A program made the position numbers and the translations under genes. A stretch of 61,393 bases of DNA, filler included. It is 6 parts of 6 records of this genome, joined end to end, with 100 filler letters (N's around TTAATTAATTAA, not from the genome) between each part and the next. Parts side by side here need not be neighbours in the genome. Positions count along the whole stretch, not along the records: positions 5,813 to 21,129 come from DRR723986_11834; 5 more parts are not named here. One strand, 5' to 3'. Within the stretch, counting starts at the first letter, position 1, and the number at the start of each line of letters is the position of its first letter. The notes beneath the pieces are model-generated. The model ran no database searches, was not told where the DNA came from, and worked only from the letters and a program-made list of their open reading frames with translations. Of this stretch, positions 8,865-19,203 are shown one piece after another.

Positions 8865-11800
8865 TTGAATTCTCCAGGAGAATGGCGCGTGTACCGTTCT
8901 TTACGTTTACCTGTTCCTATGTTGTGCGCGGTGCTATTTGCCGCCGGATTGAGTTTCTCACAACCAACTGTTTGTTCTGCGCAGGAAGACTTCAGTCCGC
9001 ATGGCGGGATGATGCGTTTTCCGGATATCAGTGCCGAGCACGTCGTATTCATGTATGCCAATGACTTATGGCTGGTAGACCGCATGGGCGGCGAGGCGCG
9101 CCCGCTGGCGGGGCCGGACGGTCAGGAGACATTTCCGAAATTTTCGCCCGACGGCAAACAGATTGCCTTTGGCGGCAATTATGACGGCAACAATGACCTG
9201 TATACGATCGGCGTGGATGGTGGACTGCCGTTCCGCGTGACACATCACCCGAGTACGGAGAATCTGACCTCCTGGAGCCCGGACGGCAAACGTTTGTTGT
9301 TCGCCATTTTTGGCATGGGGGATCATCCGCGCACGCGCCAACTCTTTAGCGTCAGCGCAGAGGGCGGCCTGCCAACACAGCTGCCGGTTCCCTACGGTGG
9401 CGCGGCGGTGATTAGTCCTGACGGCGAGTGGCTGGCTTACACACCAACGAATCGCGACTTCCGCACCTGGAAGCGCTATCGTGGTGGCCTGGCATCCGAC
9501 ATCTGGTTGTTTAACCTTAAGAACAATTCCTCTAAACAGCTGACAAACTGGGAAGGCACCGACACGCGTCCGATGTGGCACAATGGCATGGTCTACTATC
9601 TCTCGGATCGCGGTCCGGCTTCCAGGCTTAACATCTGGAAGGTAGACCCGGCGAACGACCAGCATGTGCAGGTTACCAAGTTCACTGAGTTCGACGTCAA
9701 GTGGCCCTCGGTTGGTCCCGGCGTGAATGGCGCCGGTGAGATTGTATATCAGTACGGTACTGACTTGCAGGTTTTGGACCTGGCCACGGAACAGACGCGT
9801 GTTCTTAAGGTACGCATTCCCGGCGCGCGTCCGCAGCTGCGCACGCAGATTTTGGATGCTTCAAAAAGTATGATGTCATCTTCGATTTCGCCAACCGGCA
9901 AACAGGTTGCGGCTGTGGCGCGCGGTGACGTTTGGTTGTTGCCGGCTAAAAACGGCTCACCAATCAACTTAACACGTACCGATGGTGTGGCGGAGCGCAC
10001 GGCGCGCTGGAGCCCTGACGGCAAGAATTTGGCCTATGCTTCCGACAGCCGCACCGACAGCTACGACGTGTATATTCGGCCTGCCCGCGGTGGCGAAGAA
10101 AAACGTCTGAGCGACAGCCGTTTTGGCTTTATCTCTGGACTCTTCTGGTCTCCCGACAGCAAAAATATAGCCCTGACAGATCAGAATGGTGACGTCTATC
10201 TGGTAGATGCCAATAGCGGCGCAACCAGTAAAGTTGAAGACAATCTGCGTGGCGTCAGCCCGCTGAGTTGGTCACACAACTCACAGTGGCTCGCGTACAT
10301 GAAAGATATTCAAGGTTCGGGGACGGCAGTTGTCTTGTATGACACCAAAAACAAAAAACGGCATCAGGTGACTGAAGGTGTTTACGCTGATTCCTGGCCA
10401 ACGTTTGACCGCAAGGGCGAATACCTGTACATGGCCACCCAGCGTGCGTTTACCTCACCGATGTACGCCGACTACGGCAACAACTTTGTGTATAACAGCA
10501 CGGACGTTCTGGTAGTTGTACCGCTGCGTGAAGATGTTAAGTCGCCCCTGGAGCCCAAATTCGATCGCGAAGAAAGTGACGATGACTCCGACAAGGATAA
10601 GGACGACGAAGATTCCGATGGCGAATCTGACGACAAAGACAAAGACGACAAAAAAGACGGTGACGAAGATCTAAAAATTGACATCGATGGATTTGAACAA
10701 CGCGCAATCCTGGTTCCCGTAGACCGCGGCCTGTTCTATAACCTGGCTGTTAACGACAAAGGTGAGCTGCTCTATTCGCGGTTTTCCAGCGGTTCCAACG
10801 AACCACCCAAGCTGATGATCGTTGATGTTTTTGCCGATGAGCCCAAAGAAAAAACTGTCAAGTCCGGCGTGTCCAGTGTGTCTTACAGTGCCGACGGCAA
10901 AAGTGCACTCGTGGGCTCCGGCGGCCAGATGAGCATTATTAAAACCGCTGCCGACCAGACCGGTGATGCGGTATCGACCAAGGGCATGCAGGTTGCTGTA
11001 CGTCCACAGTCGGAGTGGCGCCAGCTCTTTCACGAGTCATGGCGTTTGTTCCGCGACTATTTTTACGATCCCAACATGCACCGCGTAAACTGGACGGCGA
11101 TGCGTGACCTGTACGCGGGTATGCTGCCCGACGTACGCACGCGCGACGACCTTGGATTTGTGATTTCGGAATTGATGTCTGAGTTAAACGTTGGACACTC
11201 ATATTATGCAGGCCGCAGCACGGACCAGGCCAAACGTCGCAATGTTGGTCTGCTCGGTGTCGATTTTGAGTTAAACAATGGCGCTTATCGCATTAAACAC
11301 GTCTTCCAGGGCGCCAAGTGGGAAACGGATGCACGCAGTCCGCTGCAGCATGCCGCCGGTGAAATTGGCAAGGGTGACTATATTCTGGCTGTAAACGGTG
11401 TTCCGTTGGACGTCAGCAAAGATCCCTGGGCTGGATTCCAGGGTCTGGGTGGCAAGACTGTAGAGTTAACAGTATCTGACAAAGCGACGATGGACAAAGA
11501 TGCGCGTACCGTAATTGTTAAGTTGCTGAATTCGGACCGCCGCCTGCGCTATCGCGACTGGGTGGAAGCCAAGCGCAAATATGTTGCAGAAAAAAGCGGT
11601 GGCAAGATTGCATATATCTATGTTCCGGACACGGGTGTTAACGGTCAGAATGAATTGATCCGTCAATACGTGGCCCAGTACGGCGCAGCCGCGATGTTAA
11701 TCGATGACCGCTGGAACGGCGGTGGTCAGATTCCCGACCGTTTTGTGGAATTGCTTAACCGTCCGATTCGCGCTTATTGGGCCAGACGGGCTGCCGGTCC

Positions 11801-12230
11801 GATGATTTCGCCGCCGGATGGCAATTCAGGTCCAAAAGCGATGTTAATTAACGGTGCCGCGGGTTCCGGTGGTGACGCCTTCCCGTATATGTTCCGTCAG
11901 GCGGGCCTCGGCAAGCTGATCGGCATGCGCACCTGGGGTGGTTTGGTTGGTCTGAGCGGCAACCCCGGACTGATTGACGGCATGGGTGTTACGGTTCCAA
12001 CCTTTGGTTTCTACGAGACCGACGGCACCTGGGGCATTGAGGGGCATGGTGTTGATCCCGACATAGAGGTTGTGGACGATCCGGCGTTGATGGTTGCCGG
12101 CGGTGACCCACAGCTGGATGCGGCAATTGAACATCTGCTGCAGGAGCTGCAGCGCAATCCGGCCCCGACGGTTGTACAGCCTGCCTATCCAGACCGCAGC
12201 GGCATGGGCATCACGGAGGATGACCGCTAG
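8865..12230 (+). CDS. Tricorn-like protease (peptidase S41) with signal peptide; start uncertain (8865-8919)
   Basis: PD40/WD-like beta-propeller repeats, PDZ domain, GSGGD catalytic Ser motif, GMRTWGG, IEGHGVDPDI and DPQLDAAI. Confidence 0.93.
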   Translation: MNSPGEWRVYRSLRLPVPMLCAVLFAAGLSFSQPTVCSAQEDFSPHGGMMRFPDISAEHVVFMYANDLWLVDRMGGEARPLAGPDGQETFPKFSPDGKQIAFGGNYDGNNDLYTIGVDGGLPFRVTHHPSTENLTSWSPDGKRLLFAIFGMGDHPRTRQLFSVSAEGGLPTQLPVPYGGAAVISPDGEWLAYTPTNRDFRTWKRYRGGLASDIWLFNLKNNSSKQLTNWEGTDTRPMWHNGMVYYLSDRGPASRLNIWKVDPANDQHVQVTKFTEFDVKWPSVGPGVNGAGEIVYQYGTDLQVLDLATEQTRVLKVRIPGARPQLRTQILDASKSMMSSSISPTGKQVAAVARGDVWLLPAKNGSPINLTRTDGVAERTARWSPDGKNLAYASDSRTDSYDVYIRPARGGEEKRLSDSRFGFISGLFWSPDSKNIALTDQNGDVYLVDANSGATSKVEDNLRGVSPLSWSHNSQWLAYMKDIQGSGTAVVLYDTKNKKRHQVTEGVYADSWPTFDRKGEYLYMATQRAFTSPMYADYGNNFVYNSTDVLVVVPLREDVKSPLEPKFDREESDDDSDKDKDDEDSDGESDDKDKDDKKDGDEDLKIDIDGFEQRAILVPVDRGLFYNLAVNDKGELLYSRFSSGSNEPPKLMIVDVFADEPKEKTVKSGVSSVSYSADGKSALVGSGGQMSIIKTAADQTGDAVSTKGMQVAVRPQSEWRQLFHESWRLFRDYFYDPNMHRVNWTAMRDLYAGMLPDVRTRDDLGFVISELMSELNVGHSYYAGRSTDQAKRRNVGLLGVDFELNNGAYRIKHVFQGAKWETDARSPLQHAAGEIGKGDYILAVNGVPLDVSKDPWAGFQGLGGKTVELTVSDKATMDKDARTVIVKLLNSDRRLRYRDWVEAKRKYVAEKSGGKIAYIYVPDTGVNGQNELIRQYVAQYGAAAMLIDDRWNGGGQIPDRFVELLNRPIRAYWARRAAGPMISPPDGNSGPKAMLINGAAGSGGDAFPYMFRQAGLGKLIGMRTWGGLVGLSGNPGLIDGMGVTVPTFGFYETDGTWGIEGHGVDPDIEVVDDPALMVAGGDPQLDAAIEHLLQELQRNPAPTVVQPAYPDRSGMGITEDDR

Positions 12231-12271
12231 GTTTTGACTTCTATGATTAGAAATTAACGATTGGCGAATTG

Positions 12272-12305
12272 AGCCGCCGGGATTCTGTCTCGGCGGCTTT
12301 TTTTT
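12272..12305 (+). terminator. Rho-independent terminator
   Basis: AGCCGCCG...CGGCGGCT hairpin followed by a T-run. Confidence 0.85.
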
Positions 12306-13165
12306 GTGGGACTCAGCTGCGGAATTGACTTAACTTTTTGGCTTCGAGTTTACGATCACACACCATTTACCCTCCGTTCACTACAGATTACCGGCCGTTT
12401 AAACATTTGCGGTTGTGCAGGTCTTGCGTCTGTTGCAGATTACATATGTCGAACCCACCGGAAGGTTTGGCCATGCCGTTAACGGCAGTCCCCAGGGCAA
12501 TCCAGGTGAGGCTGCGGAGTTTTCAGGAGACTGGGAACTCGCCAAAAAGACTGGTGAAAACACGAGGTAGGAAGGGACTGCCTTGGCGTGAAGGCAACCG
12601 GGAATGAAGGCAGGTTGGATGGCGGGGTGGGGGACTTCCCTTGTTGAATGCGCGAGCTCCACCCAATCAAAATTTCCATCAATTTCTATCTTTCGCCCAA
12701 ATTTCCGGCATCCACAACTTGTTTTGCGCTCTGCGACTCCAGAATTCAGATTCACTAACCCGAGTATTTTTCTGATTTTTGGCCGGCTCAGCAGTTGGCG
12801 GCTAAATCTTTTCACTCACATCTTCCGGCGCAGTCTCTCAACCTCCGGCGTCGCTTTGAGCCCTGTGCCTCGCTGCGCTCCTCCTTGGTCTCAGGCTCTG
12901 TGTGGTGTTTATGTTAATCGCCGGGCCCCAAGCCTCAAGCCGCTGAGCCGCAAGTATTTTTGTCTGCGAGACTGCCGCAATCAATTGCTCGGACAATTGC
13001 CCAACAACGCTGCGCTGCAGACCCAGCGACAAACAAAAAGAAACAGCAAGCCACAGCCATGGGGGGCGAAGCGCTCATGCATTCAGCAGAAGTTAAAACT
13101 CTGAGTTCGCAAAGCTGACCTATTTAGGCTAACTTACGCCGATACCGAGCCATATTTGGAGTGCC

Positions 13166-14758
13166 ATGAAATCTTCTACCCTTGAACAGACAGTGCAGAC
13201 CCGTTGTGAACGATGGGTGATGGTCGCCAGTATTACGGCGTCCGCGATGGCGTTTATTGACGGAACCGCGCTGAACGTGGCCATGCCCGCCATTCAGTCG
13301 GACCTGCAGGCCAGTGGCTCGGAAGTGCTATGGATGGTGAACGCTTATCTCTTGATGCTTGCCGCCCTGATTTTGCCGGGTGGCGCGCTCGGTGATATTC
13401 TGGGACGGCGTAAAGTGTTTAGCGTCGGAATTATCGTGTTTATGTTTGCGTCGATACTGTGTGGACTGGCGCCCGGAACTGAACTATTGATCGCTGGTCG
13501 TGCGCTGCAGGGCGTCGGCGGTGCCATTATGATTCCCGGCAGTCTGGCGATGTTGACGGCGGTATTTCCGGCTGAAAAACGTGGCAAAGCCATCGGAACC
13601 TGGTCGGCAATGGCGGCCATGGTCACGATAATTGGTCCGCTGCTGGGCGGCTACCTGGCCGATCTGGGGCTGTGGCGCTGGATTTTTTTCCTGAACGTAC
13701 CCATGGGAATTCTGGCCGTCTGGGCGCTGCAAAGCAAAGTCACCGAACGGCAGAATTATGATCGCGACCGGCACGTTGACTGGCTCGGAACGGTGCTGGC
13801 GGTGCTTGGACTGGGCGGCATAACCTACGGTTTTATTGATTTGCCCACGCGTGGAATCGAACATCCGCTCGTGTTTTTAACTCTGGCGCTCGGCGCAATT
13901 TGTTTGATCACTTTTGTGATCTGGCAGGGGCGCACAGATTCGCCGATGATGCCGCTGGAGCTCTTCCGCGTGCGTACATTCAGCGGCGCAAATATTCTGA
14001 CGCTGCTGCTCTACGGCGCGCTTTCCGTGGCGATGTTTTTTATGTCGCTCAATTTTGTGCAGGCGCAGGGTTATACGCAAACGCAGGCGGGGCTGGCCTT
14101 TTTCCCCTTTGCCGTGGCGCTGATTGTACTCTCGCGCTGGGCGGGCACACTGGCGGACAAATGGGGACCACGGCCGCCGCTCGTAGCCGGCCCGCTACTC
14201 GTGGCGCTGGGAATGTATTTGATGAGCCGCGTGGGAGTTACGAGCGGTTTTGACGACTACTGGTCAAACTTTTTTCCCGGTATCGGGTTTATGGGTTTGG
14301 GCATGGGCCTGATCGTGGCACCGCTGACAACTGCGGCCATGGCGTCGGTGTCCAGCACGGCGGCAGGAACTGCTTCAGGCGTTAACAATGCGGTCTCACG
14401 TGCAGCCAGTGTACTCGCAATGGCAATCGTGGGAGCCCTGGCGATTGTGCAGTTTGGCAGCCATCTGGAGACAGGCCTGGCGCAAACTGAGCTGACGCAG
14501 GCACAGCAGGCCGAGGTTTTAACCGTGACGGCGCAGCTTGGTGACGCGCAGGTTCCGCAGACAATTCCGGCCGAATATAGAGACGCAACACAGGAAATGC
14601 TGCGCCGCAGTTTTGCCGCTACCTGTGCCGACGTGATGTGGTGGAGTGCCTGCCTGGCGGCACTTTCAGCGCTGCTTGCCGCTCTGATGATTGACAAAAA
14701 AGTTTTGCGCGAGGACGAAACACCAGATGCGGCACCAGATACAGCCGATGTATCCTGA
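13166..14758 (+). CDS. MFS transporter, DHA2 (14-TMS) family
   Basis: DGTALNVAMP, GALGDILGRRK, RALQGVGGA and GPLLGG motifs; many hydrophobic helices. Confidence 0.92.
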   Translation: MKSSTLEQTVQTRCERWVMVASITASAMAFIDGTALNVAMPAIQSDLQASGSEVLWMVNAYLLMLAALILPGGALGDILGRRKVFSVGIIVFMFASILCGLAPGTELLIAGRALQGVGGAIMIPGSLAMLTAVFPAEKRGKAIGTWSAMAAMVTIIGPLLGGYLADLGLWRWIFFLNVPMGILAVWALQSKVTERQNYDRDRHVDWLGTVLAVLGLGGITYGFIDLPTRGIEHPLVFLTLALGAICLITFVIWQGRTDSPMMPLELFRVRTFSGANILTLLLYGALSVAMFFMSLNFVQAQGYTQTQAGLAFFPFAVALIVLSRWAGTLADKWGPRPPLVAGPLLVALGMYLMSRVGVTSGFDDYWSNFFPGIGFMGLGMGLIVAPLTTAAMASVSSTAAGTASGVNNAVSRAASVLAMAIVGALAIVQFGSHLETGLAQTELTQAQQAEVLTVTAQLGDAQVPQTIPAEYRDATQEMLRRSFAATCADVMWWSACLAALSALLAALMIDKKVLREDETPDAAPDTADVS

Positions 14759-14904
14759 CCGGGAAGGTCGTGCATGCAGTCGAATTTTCGTAAATTGCGC
14801 CTCATTTTTTCAGATGATTTTTGGATACGGAGCCTCGTTCTGATTCTGTCCACCGCGACGGTCAGAATGACGCATACATCACGCACAAGGCGGGACGGAG
14901 ATAC

Positions 14905-17772
14905 ATGGCTGATTTTATTGTTGGACAGCGTTGGGTGAGCGAAATGGAGCCCGAGCTGGGCTTGGGCAAAGTGCTGGAACTCGAGAATCGCACCGTTAAG
15001 ATTCACTTTCCGGCTTCCGGCGCTACACGTCAATACGCAACCGCATCGGCACCACTCAAGCGCGTGCGCTACAAAAAGGGTGATGAAGTCCCCGGACCTT
15101 CGGGCGATAAGTTTTTGATTAAATCCGTGGTTGAAGGCAAAGATGGTCTGCTGGTCTACAAAGGCGAGCAGGGCAAAATCGTTGAGACCGAACTCAATGA
15201 TGCCATCAGTTTTGACCAGCCCGAAGACCGCCTGCTGGCGGCGCAGGGCGACTATTCACAAGTTTTTGAGCTGCGCCGCAAGAGTGGCCAGTATCTGCAT
15301 GCGATCCGCCAATCGCCGGTGCGCGGTTATGTGGGCGGACGTATAGACCTGATCGATCATCAGCTTTCGATTGCGGCCGACGTGGCGAGCCGTGCCTTGC
15401 CACGTGTGCTGCTGGCCGACGAAGTCGGTCTTGGTAAAACCATCGAAGCCTGTTTGATCCTGCACCGCCTGATGATCAGTGGCCGCGCCGGTCGCGTCCT
15501 GATTTTAGTGCCGGAGCCGCTCGTCAATCAGTGGATTGTTGAGATGTACCGCCGCTTTAACGTCTGGTTCCATCACTACGATGCCGAGCGCGTGGAACAA
15601 CAACTGGAGCTGCATCCGGAAGACAACCCATTCCTCAACGATCAGCTCATCATTGCCTCGCAGGAGTACGCCTCCGGTGACGCCAAAACCGCCGGCCTGA
15701 TTACTGCATCCGACTGGGATGTGCTTGTAGTTGATGAAGCGCATCACCTGCAGTGGTCGCCTGCTGAGGCCGGTCCTTCGTATTTGCTGGTCGAAGCGCT
15801 TGCCGCCAAAGTAATGGGTCTGCTGCTGTTGACGGCCACGCCCGAGCAGTTGGGGCCTGAGAGCCATTTTGCGCGTCTGCGTCTGCTCGATCCGGATCGT
15901 TATACCGATCTGGACATGTACCGCAAAGAAACCGAGCAGTACGAGGAAATTGCGACGCTGGTAGACGCTGTCGAAGCCGGCGGCAAACTTTCGGCTGAAC
16001 ATCTGAAAAGCATTCAGGCCCTCGCCGGTACGGCAGGACTTGCTGAAGACTTAGTCAAAGGACTTGAGTCTGATTCGCTCGACGAAGAACAGCGGCACAC
16101 TTTAATCGAACGCATGCTCGACCTGCATGGCGTTGGGCGTGTGATGTTCCGCAATACCCGCGCCGCGATCAAAGGATTTCCGAAGCGCAAAGCCACGATC
16201 GTTGAGCTGGAGAGTTCCAAGGCCGCTGTTAACAAAAAAATTAACGCCGAGTTTTTGGCGGATTCAGAGGATAGCGATCCGGCGGTTATCACCACATTTG
16301 AAGGTGACCCGCGCCTGGAATGGCTGGTTGAATACATCAAGTCTCATCGCGACGGCAAGGCGCTGGTGATCTGCCGCAGCATCGATAAAGTTCTGGCGCT
16401 GCAGGAAAACCTGCGCACGAGCCTGACGGCCAAGACGGCACTTTTCCACGAAGAGCTGCCTCTGGTTCAGCGCGACCGCAACGCGGCCTGGTTTGCTGAG
16501 GAAGACGGCGCACAACTGTTAATCTGTTCCGAGATTGGCAGTGAGGGACGCAACTTCCAGTTTGCCGACGACCTGATTCTTTTTGACCTGCCCGGCGATC
16601 CCGAACTGCTCGAACAACGCATTGGGCGTCTGGACCGCATTGGCCGCAAGAGCGACATCAGCGTTGTTGTTTTAAGTGTTAAAGATACGGCTTCGGAAGT
16701 GTTAACACGCTGGTATCACGAGGGGCTGAATGCATTTGAGCGCAGCCTGCCGGGCGGAGCGCGCATCGCTGAGGAATTCCGCGAGACACTTTGGAAAACC
16801 GCTGATGCCAAGGCGCGCGGTCTTAAAACAGCCGATAAACAACTCGAAAAACTCCTTGCCGACGTACAGGCTTTCAGCAAAGACGTTTCTTCACAGCTGG
16901 AGCAGGGCCGCGATCGTTTGCTGGAGCGCAATTCCTTTGACCAGACAACTGCCGACATTCTTAAGACAGAGATTCTGGCAGCGGATGCGGACACCGAATT
17001 CGAAACGCATTTTATACGCCTGATTGAATTCTTTGGTGTTTCGACCGACGAAATTGGCGCGCGCACTTATACGATCAAACCCGGTTCCTTGTTAACGGAC
17101 GCCTTTCCGCCGATTCCGGAAGACGGCATGACGATCACTTTTGACCGTGAGCGTGCCATGGCGCGCGAGGATGTGGTTTTCTTTAGCTACGACCATCCAT
17201 TTGTTAACGCTGTGCTGGAGTTAACTCTCAGCTCCGAGTACGGCAACTCCTCGTTCACCCTCTGGCGCGACCGCAATGCGCGTATGATCATGATCGAGGC
17301 GGTTTACATGTTGGAATGTGTAGCTCCCAAGGAAATTGACATTGATCGTTTTCTGCCGCCGACACCTGTACGTGTGGTTGTTAACCAGCAAGAAGAAGAT
17401 ATTAGCGACGAGATGGACGTCAAGGAATTCCTGATTCACTTAACAGACGGTCCAGCATTCCGTTTGTTAAACACGGCGCACATTTCGCAGATGTTAATTC
17501 CCAAAATGTTCACGGCCGCACGCACCACGGCAGAGCAGCATGGCGATCCACTGATTGCAATTGCTACGGACCAGATGAACATGTTAATGAACACAGAAAT
17601 TGAGCGTCTCGAAAACCTGCGTGCGATTAACAACCACGTCCAGGAACGCGAGATTACCTTGCTGCGCGAACAGCGAGAAACGCTCGAAAAGCACTTGCAA
17701 GCGGCGCGTGTACGACTTGACGCCGTCCGTTTGGTTTGGCGTGGCCCTTCGGATCACCGATTGTTACGCTAA
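14905..17772 (+). CDS. rapA: RNA polymerase-associated SWI2/SNF2 ATPase RapA (HepA)
   Basis: RapA N-terminus GQRWVSEMEPELGLG, LLADEVGLGKTIEA, DEAHH, LLTATPEQLG, SEIGSEGRNFQF, LEQRIGRLDRIG and C-terminal RLDAVRLV. Confidence 0.95.
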   Translation: MADFIVGQRWVSEMEPELGLGKVLELENRTVKIHFPASGATRQYATASAPLKRVRYKKGDEVPGPSGDKFLIKSVVEGKDGLLVYKGEQGKIVETELNDAISFDQPEDRLLAAQGDYSQVFELRRKSGQYLHAIRQSPVRGYVGGRIDLIDHQLSIAADVASRALPRVLLADEVGLGKTIEACLILHRLMISGRAGRVLILVPEPLVNQWIVEMYRRFNVWFHHYDAERVEQQLELHPEDNPFLNDQLIIASQEYASGDAKTAGLITASDWDVLVVDEAHHLQWSPAEAGPSYLLVEALAAKVMGLLLLTATPEQLGPESHFARLRLLDPDRYTDLDMYRKETEQYEEIATLVDAVEAGGKLSAEHLKSIQALAGTAGLAEDLVKGLESDSLDEEQRHTLIERMLDLHGVGRVMFRNTRAAIKGFPKRKATIVELESSKAAVNKKINAEFLADSEDSDPAVITTFEGDPRLEWLVEYIKSHRDGKALVICRSIDKVLALQENLRTSLTAKTALFHEELPLVQRDRNAAWFAEEDGAQLLICSEIGSEGRNFQFADDLILFDLPGDPELLEQRIGRLDRIGRKSDISVVVLSVKDTASEVLTRWYHEGLNAFERSLPGGARIAEEFRETLWKTADAKARGLKTADKQLEKLLADVQAFSKDVSSQLEQGRDRLLERNSFDQTTADILKTEILAADADTEFETHFIRLIEFFGVSTDEIGARTYTIKPGSLLTDAFPPIPEDGMTITFDRERAMAREDVVFFSYDHPFVNAVLELTLSSEYGNSSFTLWRDRNARMIMIEAVYMLECVAPKEIDIDRFLPPTPVRVVVNQQEEDISDEMDVKEFLIHLTDGPAFRLLNTAHISQMLIPKMFTAARTTAEQHGDPLIAIATDQMNMLMNTEIERLENLRAINNHVQEREITLLREQRETLEKHLQAARVRLDAVRLVWRGPSDHRLLR

Positions 17773-17945
17773 ACGTTCTGGCAGAATAATACTAAGCAAA
17801 GCCATCTTGTTAGTCGCTGGGTGGCAAATCACAAGTTGTTTAACTTCAATGTTTTTGGCTGGAAGGCTCTGCGCGCCCACGTGCAGAGTCTGCCGTAAGT
17901 GCAGCACCACTTTGCCGCCGGGAAACACATCCCTTGGAGACAATC

Positions 17946-18503
17946 ATGACTTTCGGAAAAGTGTCGCGTGCAGAAGCAAAGGTCTTTCTCCAAACCGAGC
18001 GTCTACGCCTGCGCGAATTGGTATTTGATGATGTGGATGATCTGGTGACGCTCAACAGCGATCCAGAGGTCATGCGATACATTCACCCCGGCAAGGAGTG
18101 TACTCCTGAGACAGAACGTCAGGCCGTTAAACGCATTCGCGAAGCCTGCGCCGAAAGGCCAGGTTACGGCGTCTGGGCGGTTGAGACACTTGATGACGGC
18201 AAATTTATCGGCCTGGGATTGTTTAAGCCACTCTATAATACCGGCGAGATAGAAGTCGGCTACCGCTTATTGCCCAGCGCCTGGTCCAAGGGTTATGCGA
18301 CGGAAATCGCACGCGCGCTTGTGCGCCACGGTTTTGAGACTTTGGGATTAGACTTGATTGTTGGCATCACTATGCCTGAGAATCTGGCGTCGCGCCGCGT
18401 TCTGATCAAAGCCGGCCTGGAATACAAAGGTGAGAGGTCATTCCCTGAATGCAAAGATATTTGTCCGGCCTTGAGTTATTATCAGGCGCGGCGTGCTCGT
18501 TAG
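17946..18503 (+). CDS. GNAT N-acetyltransferase (RimJ/RimL family)
   Basis: LQTERLRLR, EVGYRLLPSAWSKGYATE and NLASRRVL motifs. Confidence 0.9.
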   Translation: MTFGKVSRAEAKVFLQTERLRLRELVFDDVDDLVTLNSDPEVMRYIHPGKECTPETERQAVKRIREACAERPGYGVWAVETLDDGKFIGLGLFKPLYNTGEIEVGYRLLPSAWSKGYATEIARALVRHGFETLGLDLIVGITMPENLASRRVLIKAGLEYKGERSFPECKDICPALSYYQARRAR

Positions 18504-18723
18504 TAGGTTGGGCGGGGGAGTGCAAAAGACAGAACACCGAACAACTGTCCCCGAGACCACATGTATTGCGATTAATTTCTATATTTGAGTAAGTCTGGCT
18601 ACCCAAATCAACCTGCCGGCACCGATTCTATCACCTTTTGGCCTGCATCGCAGCTCGGATTGGCACCAATTCTGAGCTGCAACAAGATCAGGTGGATTGG
18701 CATAAGAATTTCAGAGGAATAAA

Positions 18724-19185
18724 ATGAAAATGATTCTATTTATCGGAATGATGTGCGGGATGATGCTTGCAGTATTGCCCTCGCAGGCCGCAAACGTAGC
18801 TAACCCAGATTTGGAATCACACGCCAATTGCTGTGAGAAGTCGTGGGTTCAGGGAGCAACAGGAGATCATTACGTTGAACGATGGTTATGCTTTCTCAAC
18901 GTAATTAGTTGCTCATACGATTGCGAAATCATGTGCCCTTGTGGGCAATCGTATAAGTGTGGTGAAATCAGCTTCGATGTAGTCTTGTGTCTGGATTTAC
19001 CTGTTGATGGAGGGGCGCAATGCAACGTGGAGAGTTTTGCGGTGGATCGCTTGGAATTGAGCCGACCAGGCAAAATTGGAGGCTTAGGGCAAGGGTGTTC
19101 AATTCCGGAAGTTGAACCTTGTGAGACCTTCAATTGTCAATCGTATACAGACCAAGTTGACGAATGCATAAAAATTTGCAACTAA
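18724..19185 (+). CDS. Secreted cysteine-rich protein of unknown function
   Basis: GAGGA RBS, signal peptide ending SQA, 15 Cys in the mature region; co-oriented 18 nt upstream of the next gene. Confidence 0.75.
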   Translation: MKMILFIGMMCGMMLAVLPSQAANVANPDLESHANCCEKSWVQGATGDHYVERWLCFLNVISCSYDCEIMCPCGQSYKCGEISFDVVLCLDLPVDGGAQCNVESFAVDRLELSRPGKIGGLGQGCSIPEVEPCETFNCQSYTDQVDECIKICN

Positions 19186-19203
19186 TAGATACAGGTATAA
19201 AAA

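Noticed and set aside
18661..18712. TGGCAC/TGGCAT as sigma54 promoters
   Set aside because: The -12 TTGC element is not present at the required spacing
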